A stretch of DNA of 64,000 bases from a virus. Under the pieces are notes generated by a model. It was not told the origin of the DNA and ran no database searches. It was given only the letters and a program-made list of their open reading frames with translations. The position numbers were made by a program, and so were the translations under genes. Positions 20,301 to 27,719 of the stretch are shown here, piece after piece. How positions within the stretch are numbered: the first letter of the stretch is position 1; each line of letters opens with the position of its first letter. Location of the stretch: positions 1 through 64,000 of IMG/VR virus record IMGVR_UViG_3300042523_000478; one strand, 5' to 3'.

Positions 20301-22780
20301 CCAGATATACCACTTGTGCCGTCAGTACCTGAAGTCCCGTCTGTTCCGTTTGTTCCATCAGTACCGCTTGATCCATCAGTACCGTTAGTTCCTGAAGACC
20401 CATCGGTTCCATTTGTACCTGAAGTTCCATCTGTACCATTTGTGCCTGAACTACCATCTGTTCCATTTGTTCCACTTGTACCATCTGTTCCCGAACTACC
20501 ATTTGTACCATCAGTACCGCTAGTCCCATCTGTACCTGAACTACCACTAGTTCCATCGGTTCCGCTAGATCCATTTGTTCCATCAGTACCTGAAGTACCA
20601 TCTGTTCCATTTGTTCCGCTTGACCCATTAGTTCCGTCTGTACCACTAGTACCGTCTGTTCCGCTTGTACCATCGGTACCACTTGAACCATCCGTACCGT
20701 TAGTTCCTGAAGATCCATCTGTTCCATTTGTACCTGAAGTTCCATCTGTACCACTTGTACCATCCGTACCACTAGTTCCATCTGTTCCATTAGTCCCTGA
20801 AGACCCATTAGTCCCGTCTGTTCCTGAAGATCCATTAGTACCATCCGTTCCGCTAGTTCCATCCGTACCACTTGTTCCATCTGTTCCTGAACTACCATTT
20901 GTTCCCGAAGTACCATTTGTTCCGTTAGTTCCACTTGTACCATTTGTTCCGTTAGTACCTGACGTTCCATTTACTCCCGATATTCCACTTGTTCCGCTAG
21001 TTCCATTTGTTCCGCTCGTACCATTTGTACCGCTAGTACCATTTGTCCCGCTCGTACCATTAGTTCCGTTAGTACCATTTGTACCATTTGTACCGTTGGT
21101 CCCACTTGAACCATTTGTTCCATTAGTCCCTGAAGACCCTGATGAACCATTTGTTCCATTAGTACCCGAAGTTCCATTAGTACCCGAAGTTCCATTAGTA
21201 CCCGAAGTTCCATTAGTTCCTGATGTCCCGTTGGTACCGCTTGAACCATTTGTTCCGTTAGTACCAGATGTTCCATTTGTCCCGTTAGTACCAGATGTTC
21301 CACTTGTTCCATTAGTCCCATTGGTTCCACTTGTACCATTTGTACCATTTGTACCATTAGTTCCTGAAGTCCCATTTGTACCTGACGTACCGTTCGCGCC
21401 TGAAGTTCCGTTTGTACCATTAGTACCCGAAGTTCCATTAGTACCCGAAGTTCCATTAGTACCCGAAGTTCCATTTGTCCCCGAAGTACCGTTTAATCCT
21501 GAAGTACCATTAGTTCCAGATGTGCCACTAATACCATTTGTTCCTGATGTTCCTGAGGTACCATTTGTTCCGTTGGTCCCAGAAGTTCCATCTGTACCAT
21601 TAGTTCCTGAGGTTCCATTCGTTCCTGAAGTTCCATTTGTACCTGAAGTTCCATTTGTACCTGAAGACCCATCCGTACCATTTGTACCTGAAGACCCATC
21701 CGTACCATCCGTACCATTTGTACCATTAGTACCTGAAGTTCCATTTACTCCAGATATCCCACTTGTTCCATTAGTTCCTGAAGTTCCATTAGTCCCACTT
21801 GTTCCATTCGTTCCTGACGTACCGTTGGTTCCACTTGATCCATTATCCCCCGATGTTCCAGATATACCACTTGTTCCAGATATACCACTTGTTCCGGATA
21901 TACCACTTGTTCCGTCAGTTCCATTACTCCCAGATGTACCATTAGTTCCTGAAGTTCCATTTGCACCACTTGTCCCATCACTACCCGAACTACCATTAGT
22001 TCCTGAAGACCCTGCCGTTCCTGAACCACCACTTGTGCCCGAAGAACCATTCGTTCCGCTAGTACCGTTAGTACCTGAAGTACCATTAGTACCATTAGTC
22101 CCTGAAGTTCCGCTAGTTCCTGAACCACCACCCCCAGAGGTTATTCCAGTTATTATAATTGTTGATCCATCATTGTTATATAATTCTAAAGTACTACTAC
22201 CTGAAAAATATGTTCCCCCAGTTAAACAACAACCAGGTTCCGGGAATACTTTCCAAACCGAATCATTTCTTGTAACACCATTTACACCTTCAATTGAATT
22301 GTCTAACCAAGCATTAATAAATGCAACACCTTCAGGTGTGTTATTTCTAACTGTTGTACCATAGTCTGAAAATATTACGGTTCTACCTCCGGGACCTGTT
22401 GCTCCAGAGGCATTTAAAAATAATGTATTGTAATTTTCTATATTGAATTGATAAACCGTATCTCCACTGTAAGCATATGCCAACATACCTAATCTTCTTC
22501 TACCTGAAGATATATTATCAGAATTAAGAACTATTGAGTCAAATGAAAATACCGAACCAGTTCCTTTATAATAATGTATAGGTATTGTATTTCCAATAAA
22601 TTCAATATACCCTGTTTGACCTGAAGGTATTGTATATAATAAATCATTTGTGGTATATACTTCCATATAACCACCAATATTTAATACACTAAACGTTGTC
22701 CCAAACGGTTTAGTTCTCAATACGGATTGTGGTCCTAAAGAGACAATTGGGGTTATTGGGTTTCTATATACTTTTGACAT
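14369..22780 (-). CDS. giant collagen-like (Gly-X-Y) fibre protein built of GTN/GTS/GTD triplets
   Basis: 2803 aa; about 1900 residues of G-T-[NSD] triplets in three blocks; CBM5/12-like WQGSW...YNINDVVQFAGSSY; fibre-like beta C-terminus. Confidence 0.8.
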   Translation of the reverse strand: MSKVYRNPITPIVSLGPQSVLRTKPFGTTFSVLNIGGYMEVYTTNDLLYTIPSGQTGYIEFIGNTIPIHYYKGTGSVFSFDSIVLNSDNISSGRRRLGMLAYAYSGDTVYQFNIENYNTLFLNASGATGPGGRTVIFSDYGTTVRNNTPEGVAFINAWLDNSIEGVNGVTRNDSVWKVFPEPGCCLTGGTYFSGSSTLELYNNDGSTIIITGITSGGGGSGTSGTSGTNGTNGTSGTNGTSGTNGSSGTSGGSGTAGSSGTNGSSGSDGTSGANGTSGTNGTSGSNGTDGTSGISGTSGISGTSGISGTSGDNGSSGTNGTSGTNGTSGTNGTSGTNGTSGISGVNGTSGTNGTNGTDGTDGSSGTNGTDGSSGTNGTSGTNGTSGTNGTSGTNGTDGTSGTNGTNGTSGTSGTNGISGTSGTNGTSGLNGTSGTNGTSGTNGTSGTNGTSGTNGTNGTSGANGTSGTNGTSGTNGTNGTNGTSGTNGTNGTSGTSGTNGTNGTSGTNGTNGSSGTNGTSGTNGTSGTNGTSGTNGTSGTNGTNGSSGSSGTNGTNGSSGTNGTNGTNGTNGTNGTSGTNGTSGTNGTSGTNGTSGTSGISGVNGTSGTNGTNGTSGTNGTNGTSGTNGSSGTDGTSGTDGTSGTDGTNGSSGTDGTNGSSGTNGTDGTSGTDGTSGTDGTSGTNGTDGSSGTNGTDGSSGTDGTSGTDGTSGTDGTNGSSGTNGTDGTSGTDGTNGSSGTDGTSGSSGTDGTSGTDGTNGSSGTDGTSGTNGTDGSSGTNGTDGTSGTNGTDGSSGTNGTDGSSGTDGTNGTDGTSGTDGTSGISGVNGTSGTSGTNGTDGTSGTDGTNGSSGTSGTNGTNGTSGTNGTNGTSGTNGTSGTNGTSGTNGTNGTSGTNGTNGTSGTNGTSGTNGTNGTSGTNGTNGTSGTNGTNGSSGTNGTNGTSGTNGTSGVNGESGTSGTSGTNGTNGTNGTSGTNGTSGVSGDSGSSGTNGTSGTNGTSGTNGTNGTNGTSGTNGTNGTSGTNGTSGTNGTSGTNGTSGVNGTSGTNGTSGVNGDSGSSGTNGTSGTSGTNGTSGTNGTNGTSGTNGTSGTNGTNGTSGTNGTNGTSGTNGTSGTNGTSGVNGDSGSSGTNGTSGTNGTSGTNGTNGTSGTNGTSGTNGTSGTNGTNGTSGTDGTSGTNGTSGTSGTNGTNGTSGTNGTNGTSGTNGTSGTSGTNGTNGTSGTNGTSGTNGTNGTSGTDGTSGTNGTNGTSGTNGSSGTNGTSGTNGTSGTNGTNGTNGTNGTSGTNGTSGVNGDSGSSGTNGTSGTNGTSGTNGTNGSSGTNGTSGVNGESGTSGTNGTSGTNGTSGTNGTNGTSGTNGTSGTNGTNGTSGTNGTSGTNGTNGTSGTNGTSGTNGTSGTNGTNGTSGTNGTSGTNGTSGTNGTSGTNGTNGTNGTSGTNGTNGTSGTNGTNGTSGTNGTSGTNGTSGTNGTNGTSGTNGTSGTNGTNGTSGTNGTSGTNGTNGTSGTNGTNGTSGTNGTNGTSGSSGSSGLSGVDGTDGTSGTNGTSGTNGTSGTNGTNGTSGTNGTNGTNGTSGTNGTNGTSGTNGTSGTNGTNGTSGTNGTSGTNGTNGTSGTNGTSGTNGTSGTNGTSGSSPTVPGSNDQILTSNGSGGIVAESLLTFDGTKLSVLYQAGDEGGEILLSKPVTNTTIAGAGVTFDVWQNRIRFFEQGGTARGAFLDITACAAGVGTNLLTSAGTSGTNGTSGTNGTSGTNGTNGTSGTNGTNGTNGTNGTSGTNGTNGTSGTNGTSGTSGTNGTSGTNGTNGTSGTNGTNGTSGTNGTNGTNGTSGTNGTNGTNGTSGTNGTSGTNGTSGTNGTNGTSGTNGTNGTSGTNGTSGTNGTSGTSGTNGTSGTNGTNGTNGTSGTNGTSGTNGTSGVNGDSGSSGTNGTSGTNGTNGTNGSSGTNGTSGTNGTNGTSGTNGTNGTSGTNGTNGTNGTNGTNGTSGTNGTNGTSGTNGTNGTSGTNGTNGTNGTSGTNGTSGTNGTNGTSGTNGTNGTNGTSGTNGTSGTNGTSGTNGTNGTNGTNGTSGTNGTNGTSGTNGTNGSSGTNGTNGTSGTNGTNGTNGTNGTSGTNGTSGTNGTNGSSGTNGTNGTSGTNGTSGTNGTNGTSGTNGTSGTNGTNGTSGTNGTNGTSGTNGTNGTSGTNGTSGTNGTNGTNGTSGTNGTSGISFNWQGSWNLMSTYNINDVVQFAGSSYISLINGNTGIPTPPFSGNWALMAQAGTSGTDGTSGTDGTSGNNGNPGKVGNDGSNSGRWFYDGTFPIPASPSSTTFLADTQIISTISAIAINIEDINTTNYYDWFDSLNTLISAGNKGYLQITELSNNSVIGIYEIGVITDNITYWEISLTFVTGSGSLTDTAEYTVSWVFNGLDGTSGTNGTNGTNGTNGTSGTNGTNGTNGTNGTNGTSGTNGTSGTNGSSGTNGSSGTNGTSGTNGTSGASVVINSNANNYLVTATGTANTLQGESGAIFDGTTLTLEKDSASPNISMTDRATNDPFVRFIPSTGTNSVAVGIDNTNQAFTISYGATAVLGSNNRMSIFTTGNIGINNFLQIGSSGAPTYPLDVTSGTRVTDGISARIINASSEGVLFSPYVSAGGYNNNSVLGDTAMVSTTGENLVIGANGSNAGFRFINTGNTTTTVGNLYSIGSSTKLGYDTGAGGTVTQLTSKSTGVTLSRPTGQIVMHSATLNADTTVSFTLTNTTIGATDIVVLQHTSVGTSASYNLNAFPSGGSAVISVRNVTTGNLGQAIVLSFAVIRAVTA
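15335..22130 (-). repeat. degenerate 9-bp coding tandem repeat in three blocks (about 15335-15540, 16150-17560, 17875-22130)
   Basis: ggn-acn-aay / ggn-acn-tca|agy units with varied third codon positions. Confidence 0.95.
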
Positions 22781-22792
22781 ATCTTTTTTTAA

Positions 22793-23716
22793 TTATGATG
22801 AAACTGTGTTTCCTTTAAAATAAATATTTTCATTATTCGTTAATTTAAATTCAGAACTTGGGTATGATGTATAAACTCTATATGTTGTTTGGAAAATTGT
22901 TGATCCAGTATACGTAAATGTGTTTGAATTAATAGTTGATTCCATATATATTGGTGTAAATATATTTGGGCTACCATTAGAACTTAAATCAATTATTATT
23001 TGTTTTTGGTTATTTGTTAAACTAATTGGGATTACCCAGGTGTACCAAGAATCTCCAGGTATTGTGAATTCAGGAATTTCAGTTGTTGTAAAATTGTATG
23101 CAACAATATTATTACCAAATGAATCTAAACCTCCACTTACTTGAGGTACAGATTTATTTATTATATGTGGGAACTCTCCAGATGTCCAACCACTAAATCC
23201 AACATATCTGTTAAGTTCTGTATTAAATATTGTTTGATTTTGTGTTGGTTGACTATTATTACTAAAACCATAGAAATCAAAACCACCATCATACATCCAT
23301 TGACCCATTAACGTTCCTCCACTTATTGGTTCAATAAACAAGTAAGCCAAGTAAACAGGGGTTGGTGTAGGTGTAGGAGTAACTCCAGGTGTTGGAGTAG
23401 GTGTATTTGTTGGAGTAGGTGTTGGAGTAGGTGTTGGTGTTCTGGTAGGCGTATTTGTTGGTGTTATTGTTGGTGTTGGAGTATTAGTTGGTATTGGTCT
23501 TAATACGTTTAGAATATTTGGACAATCAGAACCTAAAATTAAAATAGTATATGTTCCGTAAACTTCTCTTTCCGGTATTAATAAATTTGGTTGAAAAATA
23601 AACGGTAGAGTTACATCACCCAAATTAATGGTAATGTTATCATTATCCGGTTTAAATAAAATATTCGCTATTTCACCGTCAAAATTTATACTTTGTATTG
23701 TTATTATTTGACTCAT
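22793..23716 (-). CDS. putative virion protein with long Pro-Thr linker
   Basis: 307 aa; PIPTNTPTPTITPTNTPTRTPTPTPTPTPTNTPTPTPGVTPTPTPTP; 12 bp upstream of the giant fibre gene; TATTTATA upstream. Confidence 0.6.
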   Translation of the reverse strand: MSQIITIQSINFDGEIANILFKPDNDNITINLGDVTLPFIFQPNLLIPEREVYGTYTILILGSDCPNILNVLRPIPTNTPTPTITPTNTPTRTPTPTPTPTPTNTPTPTPGVTPTPTPTPVYLAYLFIEPISGGTLMGQWMYDGGFDFYGFSNNSQPTQNQTIFNTELNRYVGFSGWTSGEFPHIINKSVPQVSGGLDSFGNNIVAYNFTTTEIPEFTIPGDSWYTWVIPISLTNNQKQIIIDLSSNGSPNIFTPIYMESTINSNTFTYTGSTIFQTTYRVYTSYPSSEFKLTNNENIYFKGNTVSS

Positions 23717-23728
23717 CGTATTTATTTC

Positions 23729-23736
23729 TATAAATA
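23729..23736 (-). promoter_or_regulatory. putative phage late promoter TATTTATA
   Basis: attgTATTTATAgaaataaatacgATG on the minus strand. Confidence 0.55.
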
Positions 23737-23747
23737 CAATGAACAGG

Positions 23748-24188
23748 TCATTTTTTCACCTTAATAAAATTATACCACAATCTTTCGTGAGCAAAATATA
23801 TAAATGGTTTTAACACTAACTCACTAACCCCAAGTAATGTTGAGACCCCTATTGATGCCCCTAATGAATACGCAACCCCGACGGTAGTTAAAGTACCTAA
23901 AAACCTATAGGTAATTGTTTTAAGTATATGTCTAACTAAAACAGATTCTTCTTTAATTGTTTTAATATATGCAATATTATTTTTAATTTTACAGTGACCA
24001 ACACAACTAATATGCCATTTATATTCATTTATTTCTGGCAACCAATCTTTTGTGGTATAAGTATTACCATCAATAATAATATCTGAAACTAATATTTCAT
24101 TTCCATTTTCAATCAATCTCCACCTATTATCTTTGGTTTCGGAAACTGTATTAAATCTAATTTGGTAAGTTTTACTTTGTGTTTTCAT
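23748..24188 (-). CDS. DUF2061-like membrane domain protein with N-terminal soluble domain
   Basis: C-terminal ESVLVRHILKTITYRFLGTLTT...YFAHERLW matches the DUF2061 pattern seen near cys genes. Confidence 0.65.
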   Translation of the reverse strand: MKTQSKTYQIRFNTVSETKDNRWRLIENGNEILVSDIIIDGNTYTTKDWLPEINEYKWHISCVGHCKIKNNIAYIKTIKEESVLVRHILKTITYRFLGTLTTVGVAYSLGASIGVSTLLGVSELVLKPFIYFAHERLWYNFIKVKK

Positions 24189-24636
24189 CCGTCAAATAAT
24201 TAATTATATCTTCTTGTATTGATTCGTCAACCATAAATTTCCATTTATCATCTTCTTTTGATATTGAGTTTCTAATACCTGTTGCGGAAATAAAACCAAT
24301 ATTATCTGGAGGAGTAAATTCATTTATTTCATACCCAACACCTCTACCGTAATTAACAGATTCAATATCTGGAATAACAATAACCTTAACATTATCACCT
24401 TTTGATTTGTGATATTTCTCAATCATTGTAACGGTTTGTTCTGTTGTAAATGGATTTTTATCATCAGGTTCAATATCTCTAACCATAATAAGGGCCGGAA
24501 TACCTTGATTTAATTTTTGTTGTATTAACTCTATATGACCATAATGATATGGTTGGAAACGGCCTATAAAGATTGCATATTTCTTACTTTCATTCGTTGT
24601 AGGATTTCCTCCATGATTTTTAACTTCCCAGGTCAT
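24172..24636 (-). CDS. HxGH nucleotidyltransferase (cytidylyltransferase-like); candidate ATP sulfurylase
   Basis: FIGRFQPYHYGH, KNPF, YGRGVGY, ISATGIR; overlaps the cysC stop. Confidence 0.7.
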   Translation of the reverse strand: MTWEVKNHGGNPTTNESKKYAIFIGRFQPYHYGHIELIQQKLNQGIPALIMVRDIEPDDKNPFTTEQTVTMIEKYHKSKGDNVKVIVIPDIESVNYGRGVGYEINEFTPPDNIGFISATGIRNSISKEDDKWKFMVDESIQEDIINYLTDENTK

Positions 24637-25088
24637 AAATTTTCAATTATTTTGTTTAAAGATATTTGAGGGTCAACATTTGTGGTATCAATGTCAATAA
24701 AGTTTTCTGTTGGTTGTTCATATTCGTCAGTATGAAAATGTTCTCTACCTCTAATGTCTGTAGTATGAACATAAAACTCTACAAGTAAATCACCTAAATC
24801 GTACTTAAAACTTTCTCTAAGTTCTTTATATGGAGCAACTAAACTAACGATAACAGTATGTCCTTGGGCTAAGATAAATTTTGCAATGTCTTGAGCTCTT
24901 TTAATATTTTCCTCACGACCTTCTCTACCATATTTTTGGTTGTTAAATAACGATCTAAGTTCATCCCCATCAATATGAAAAACTTTATTTTTATCTTCTA
25001 AAACCGTTTTTAACATTAAAGACAAAACTGTCTTTCCTGCCCCAGGTTGACCAGTAAACCAATATATTTTATTATCTCTCATAATCAA
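24633..25088 (-). CDS. cysC: adenylylsulfate (APS) kinase
   Basis: YWFTGQPGAGKT P-loop, IDGDELR, GREENI, VSLVAPY, YEQP. Confidence 0.85.
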   Translation of the reverse strand: MIMRDNKIYWFTGQPGAGKTVLSLMLKTVLEDKNKVFHIDGDELRSLFNNQKYGREGREENIKRAQDIAKFILAQGHTVIVSLVAPYKELRESFKYDLGDLLVEFYVHTTDIRGREHFHTDEYEQPTENFIDIDTTNVDPQISLNKIIENL

Positions 25089-25903
25089 AAATATCCAAAT
25101 TGGTCATAAAACCATTGGTAATTACTTTTAATCCAGTTTGAGGCATTAACACCCAAAACTTCTTTATAATCACTTTTAATAGGTTCTATTTTACTTTTTA
25201 TTGTATGGTCACCGTATACCCCATAAACCTCATCATCTTCTTGAGTTATTTGTTCCACATTATTAAAGTCGTGTTCAAAATATGGAAGTTCTAAATAATT
25301 GTATATTCTTTGCATCTCCTTTTTTGGGTTTGATGTAAAGTCCTCAAATTTTACAAACAAAACATTTTGGTTAATACCCTCTTTAAACATTTGATATAAC
25401 CTTTCTAATGACATACCAACAGGTTGTGACTGAGCCCAAATATCAATCCTTTTTTCTGTTGTGGTTCCTTTCATTTGTGAGTGGTCAACCAAACCAGAAT
25501 CCTTATGTTGGTTTTTTCTAAAGTTTTTCTCCATTGAAGAGAATATTCCTCTTAAATCTCTAACCATACAAATAATTTTTGGATTTGGATAGAATGAATT
25601 TAAAAACCCATAATGTACTCCCCACCCTCTACTTTTATCTAAAACGTAAGGTTTATCGGTTACACCATTAAAAAATCCTAACATACCCTGATTACAGAAA
25701 TTTAAAAACCCACTCTTCATTAATTCAGGGTCTTGAGCTTTAAATTCTGGAGATGTGGAATAGTTTGATCTTGATGCGTAAACTAATTCTAAAACACCAG
25801 ATGTTGGTGTTACATAAAAATCGGGATTCTGACCCATTACGTTTTGTAGTAGTGTTGATCCAGCTCTTGGTAATGAGCTTTGAAAAAATATCTTTTGTAC
25901 CAT
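25085..25903 (-). CDS. PAPS-dependent sulfotransferase
   Basis: SSLPRAGSTLL (5'-PSB loop), DKSR, MVRDLRGIFSS (3'-PB), VKFEDF. Confidence 0.85.
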   Translation of the reverse strand: MVQKIFFQSSLPRAGSTLLQNVMGQNPDFYVTPTSGVLELVYASRSNYSTSPEFKAQDPELMKSGFLNFCNQGMLGFFNGVTDKPYVLDKSRGWGVHYGFLNSFYPNPKIICMVRDLRGIFSSMEKNFRKNQHKDSGLVDHSQMKGTTTEKRIDIWAQSQPVGMSLERLYQMFKEGINQNVLFVKFEDFTSNPKKEMQRIYNYLELPYFEHDFNNVEQITQEDDEVYGVYGDHTIKSKIEPIKSDYKEVLGVNASNWIKSNYQWFYDQFGYF

Positions 25904-25908
25904 AATTA

Positions 25909-26790
25909 TTATTTTAAACTTTCTATTATTTCATTTATGTCAAAAATGTTTGTATCAAACATAGGGCATTCGTGTACTGTACCATTAAAATTATAATCAA
26001 ATAAATAACTATCTGGTAATTTAACGGTTGTGGGTAATGTTGCAATTATATTGTTATGTAAATTATAACCAAATACTATTGGTGATGTCCCTACCCATAA
26101 AACAGTTGATTGTAACCCCATTGCTGCCGATGCGTGTTGCAAACAAGAGTCAATTAATATTCTTTTTTGAGAATAGGCCAGTAAGGAAAATAATTCCATA
26201 TTTGACATTGATTCAAAAAACGCCTCCACATTATTTAACACATTTGATTTATCTCTACATATTTGGATAATATGATAATATTTTGAGAAGTGGTCAACTA
26301 ATTTCTGGGCAACATCATAAGGAATATCTCTAGTCCAAGAATATGGGAACGGTTGTTCTTGTAGTGGTCCTCCGTTTGTTTGAATAACCATTACTGGTTT
26401 ATCTCTTGCCCACTTATTCTGAGCTATTTGTTGTTGCCTTAAATTAAAAGAAAGGGATGGTTGTTCTCCATTATATTCTAATCCAAGTAACTTACACCAG
26501 TTAACAATTAGAGGTAATTTTTTATTAATATGGTCCGATGTAAAATATGGTTCGTGTTTAAAAATTAAACTTTCCTTATCTTTAATGTAATCATCATAAA
26601 AATAAGGTGTCATACCAACACGATAAACCCTATCAACATAATCCAAATTTAAAAACACTTCCGGATATGCACAAACTATTATTAGTTCTCTATCCGGATG
26701 ATTATTTTTTATACATTTTGCAACCGCGGTTGATAAAACATGTTTACCTAAACCACCCTCTACGTGAAATATACTATATTTTTTTTCCAT
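25909..26790 (-). CDS. GT9-like glycosyltransferase
   Basis: GGLGKHV, IQTNGG, LIDSCLQHASAAMG, VLW..T.P..FGY. Confidence 0.7.
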   Translation of the reverse strand: MEKKYSIFHVEGGLGKHVLSTAVAKCIKNNHPDRELIIVCAYPEVFLNLDYVDRVYRVGMTPYFYDDYIKDKESLIFKHEPYFTSDHINKKLPLIVNWCKLLGLEYNGEQPSLSFNLRQQQIAQNKWARDKPVMVIQTNGGPLQEQPFPYSWTRDIPYDVAQKLVDHFSKYYHIIQICRDKSNVLNNVEAFFESMSNMELFSLLAYSQKRILIDSCLQHASAAMGLQSTVLWVGTSPIVFGYNLHNNIIATLPTTVKLPDSYLFDYNFNGTVHECPMFDTNIFDINEIIESLK

Positions 26791-26810
26791 AATTTTATTA
26801 TATAAATTAA

Positions 26811-27719
26811 TTAACTATTAGTAAAGTTAATTACTTGGTTTATTTTATTAATAACCATTTCTGGTGTTATACTCCTATGACATTCATTTTCTCTTTCAGT
26901 GTTTAAAAATATTGGACAACTACTTTTAATGTTTGGAAACATATTAAAACATCCGTTACATACATAAGGATTTTCAACTCTAAAACATTCAAACTCGTTT
27001 TGTTTTTTAGTGAAGTTTGATATCATAACAACAGGAACTCCATACGCCCACGCCAACCAAGATAACCCAGAAGATAAACCAATAAAAAATCTTGATTCTA
27101 AAATATGATTTAATGAAACATTTATATCGTTGTTTCCGTGAAATCCTTTTGCGTTTTGTAAATTTAATGTATTTTCATACGAAACATTATAAACATCAAA
27201 ATTACTATTAACCAATTCATTTATGATTGTTTGCCAACCATCCTTATATTCCCATTTTGATATTTCCTTTATTGTTTCAGGACCCATCGTTATTTTATTT
27301 TTATTTATGATTCTTTGTTTGGGTATTACTGGACATTTACCTGGTTTTGTTTCTTGAGGTAAGAACATTGTATCTTTTGCAGCATAAAACATTCCACCAA
27401 GAGTATGGGACATATTATCTTTATGGTACCCAACATCAATTAACTTATCTATCTCAATAGATTTAGATTGATTTGCGTTTATAAACTCATACTTTGGATT
27501 TGTTGACTTTAGTAAGTGGGGGAAGAATGTTGATATATAAACTTTTTTTGGTTTATGATATTCCATAAACGGGTCTATAAGGGATGAAAAACATATCGTA
27601 TCTCCCAAACAAAAAGAATCAAAATGTAATAAAAGTTCTTTATCTTTAAAATTAGATAAATTAGGATCTCTTTCAGTATATTTTAATAGTTCTGAATTAT
27701 CGTAATGTCTTTTAACCAT
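26811..27719 (-). CDS. Aah/TibC-like autotransporter heptosyltransferase-family glycosyltransferase
   Basis: CLGDTI, ISTFF, FIGLSSGLSWLAW, VVMISNFT, CNGCFN...CP...ECHRSITPEMV. Confidence 0.75.
   Translation of the reverse strand: MVKRHYDNSELLKYTERDPNLSNFKDKELLLHFDSFCLGDTICFSSLIDPFMEYHKPKKVYISTFFPHLLKSTNPKYEFINANQSKSIEIDKLIDVGYHKDNMSHTLGGMFYAAKDTMFLPQETKPGKCPVIPKQRIINKNKITMGPETIKEISKWEYKDGWQTIINELVNSNFDVYNVSYENTLNLQNAKGFHGNNDINVSLNHILESRFFIGLSSGLSWLAWAYGVPVVMISNFTKKQNEFECFRVENPYVCNGCFNMFPNIKSSCPIFLNTERENECHRSITPEMVINKINQVINFTNS

Noticed and set aside
15335-22130. Possible CRISPR array or non-coding satellite
   Set aside because: No constant repeat with unique spacers; variation sits in synonymous positions of one open frame
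15325-22131. Minus-strand alternative-frame ORFs (MELMEQ... type)
   Set aside because: Shifted-frame readings of the same repeat, broken by scattered stops
15303-22364. Long plus-strand ORFs of (VP[LFED])n, up to 1493 aa
   Set aside because: Antisense shadow of the Gly-Thr-X codon repeat; they end near the repeat boundaries and have no independent expression signals
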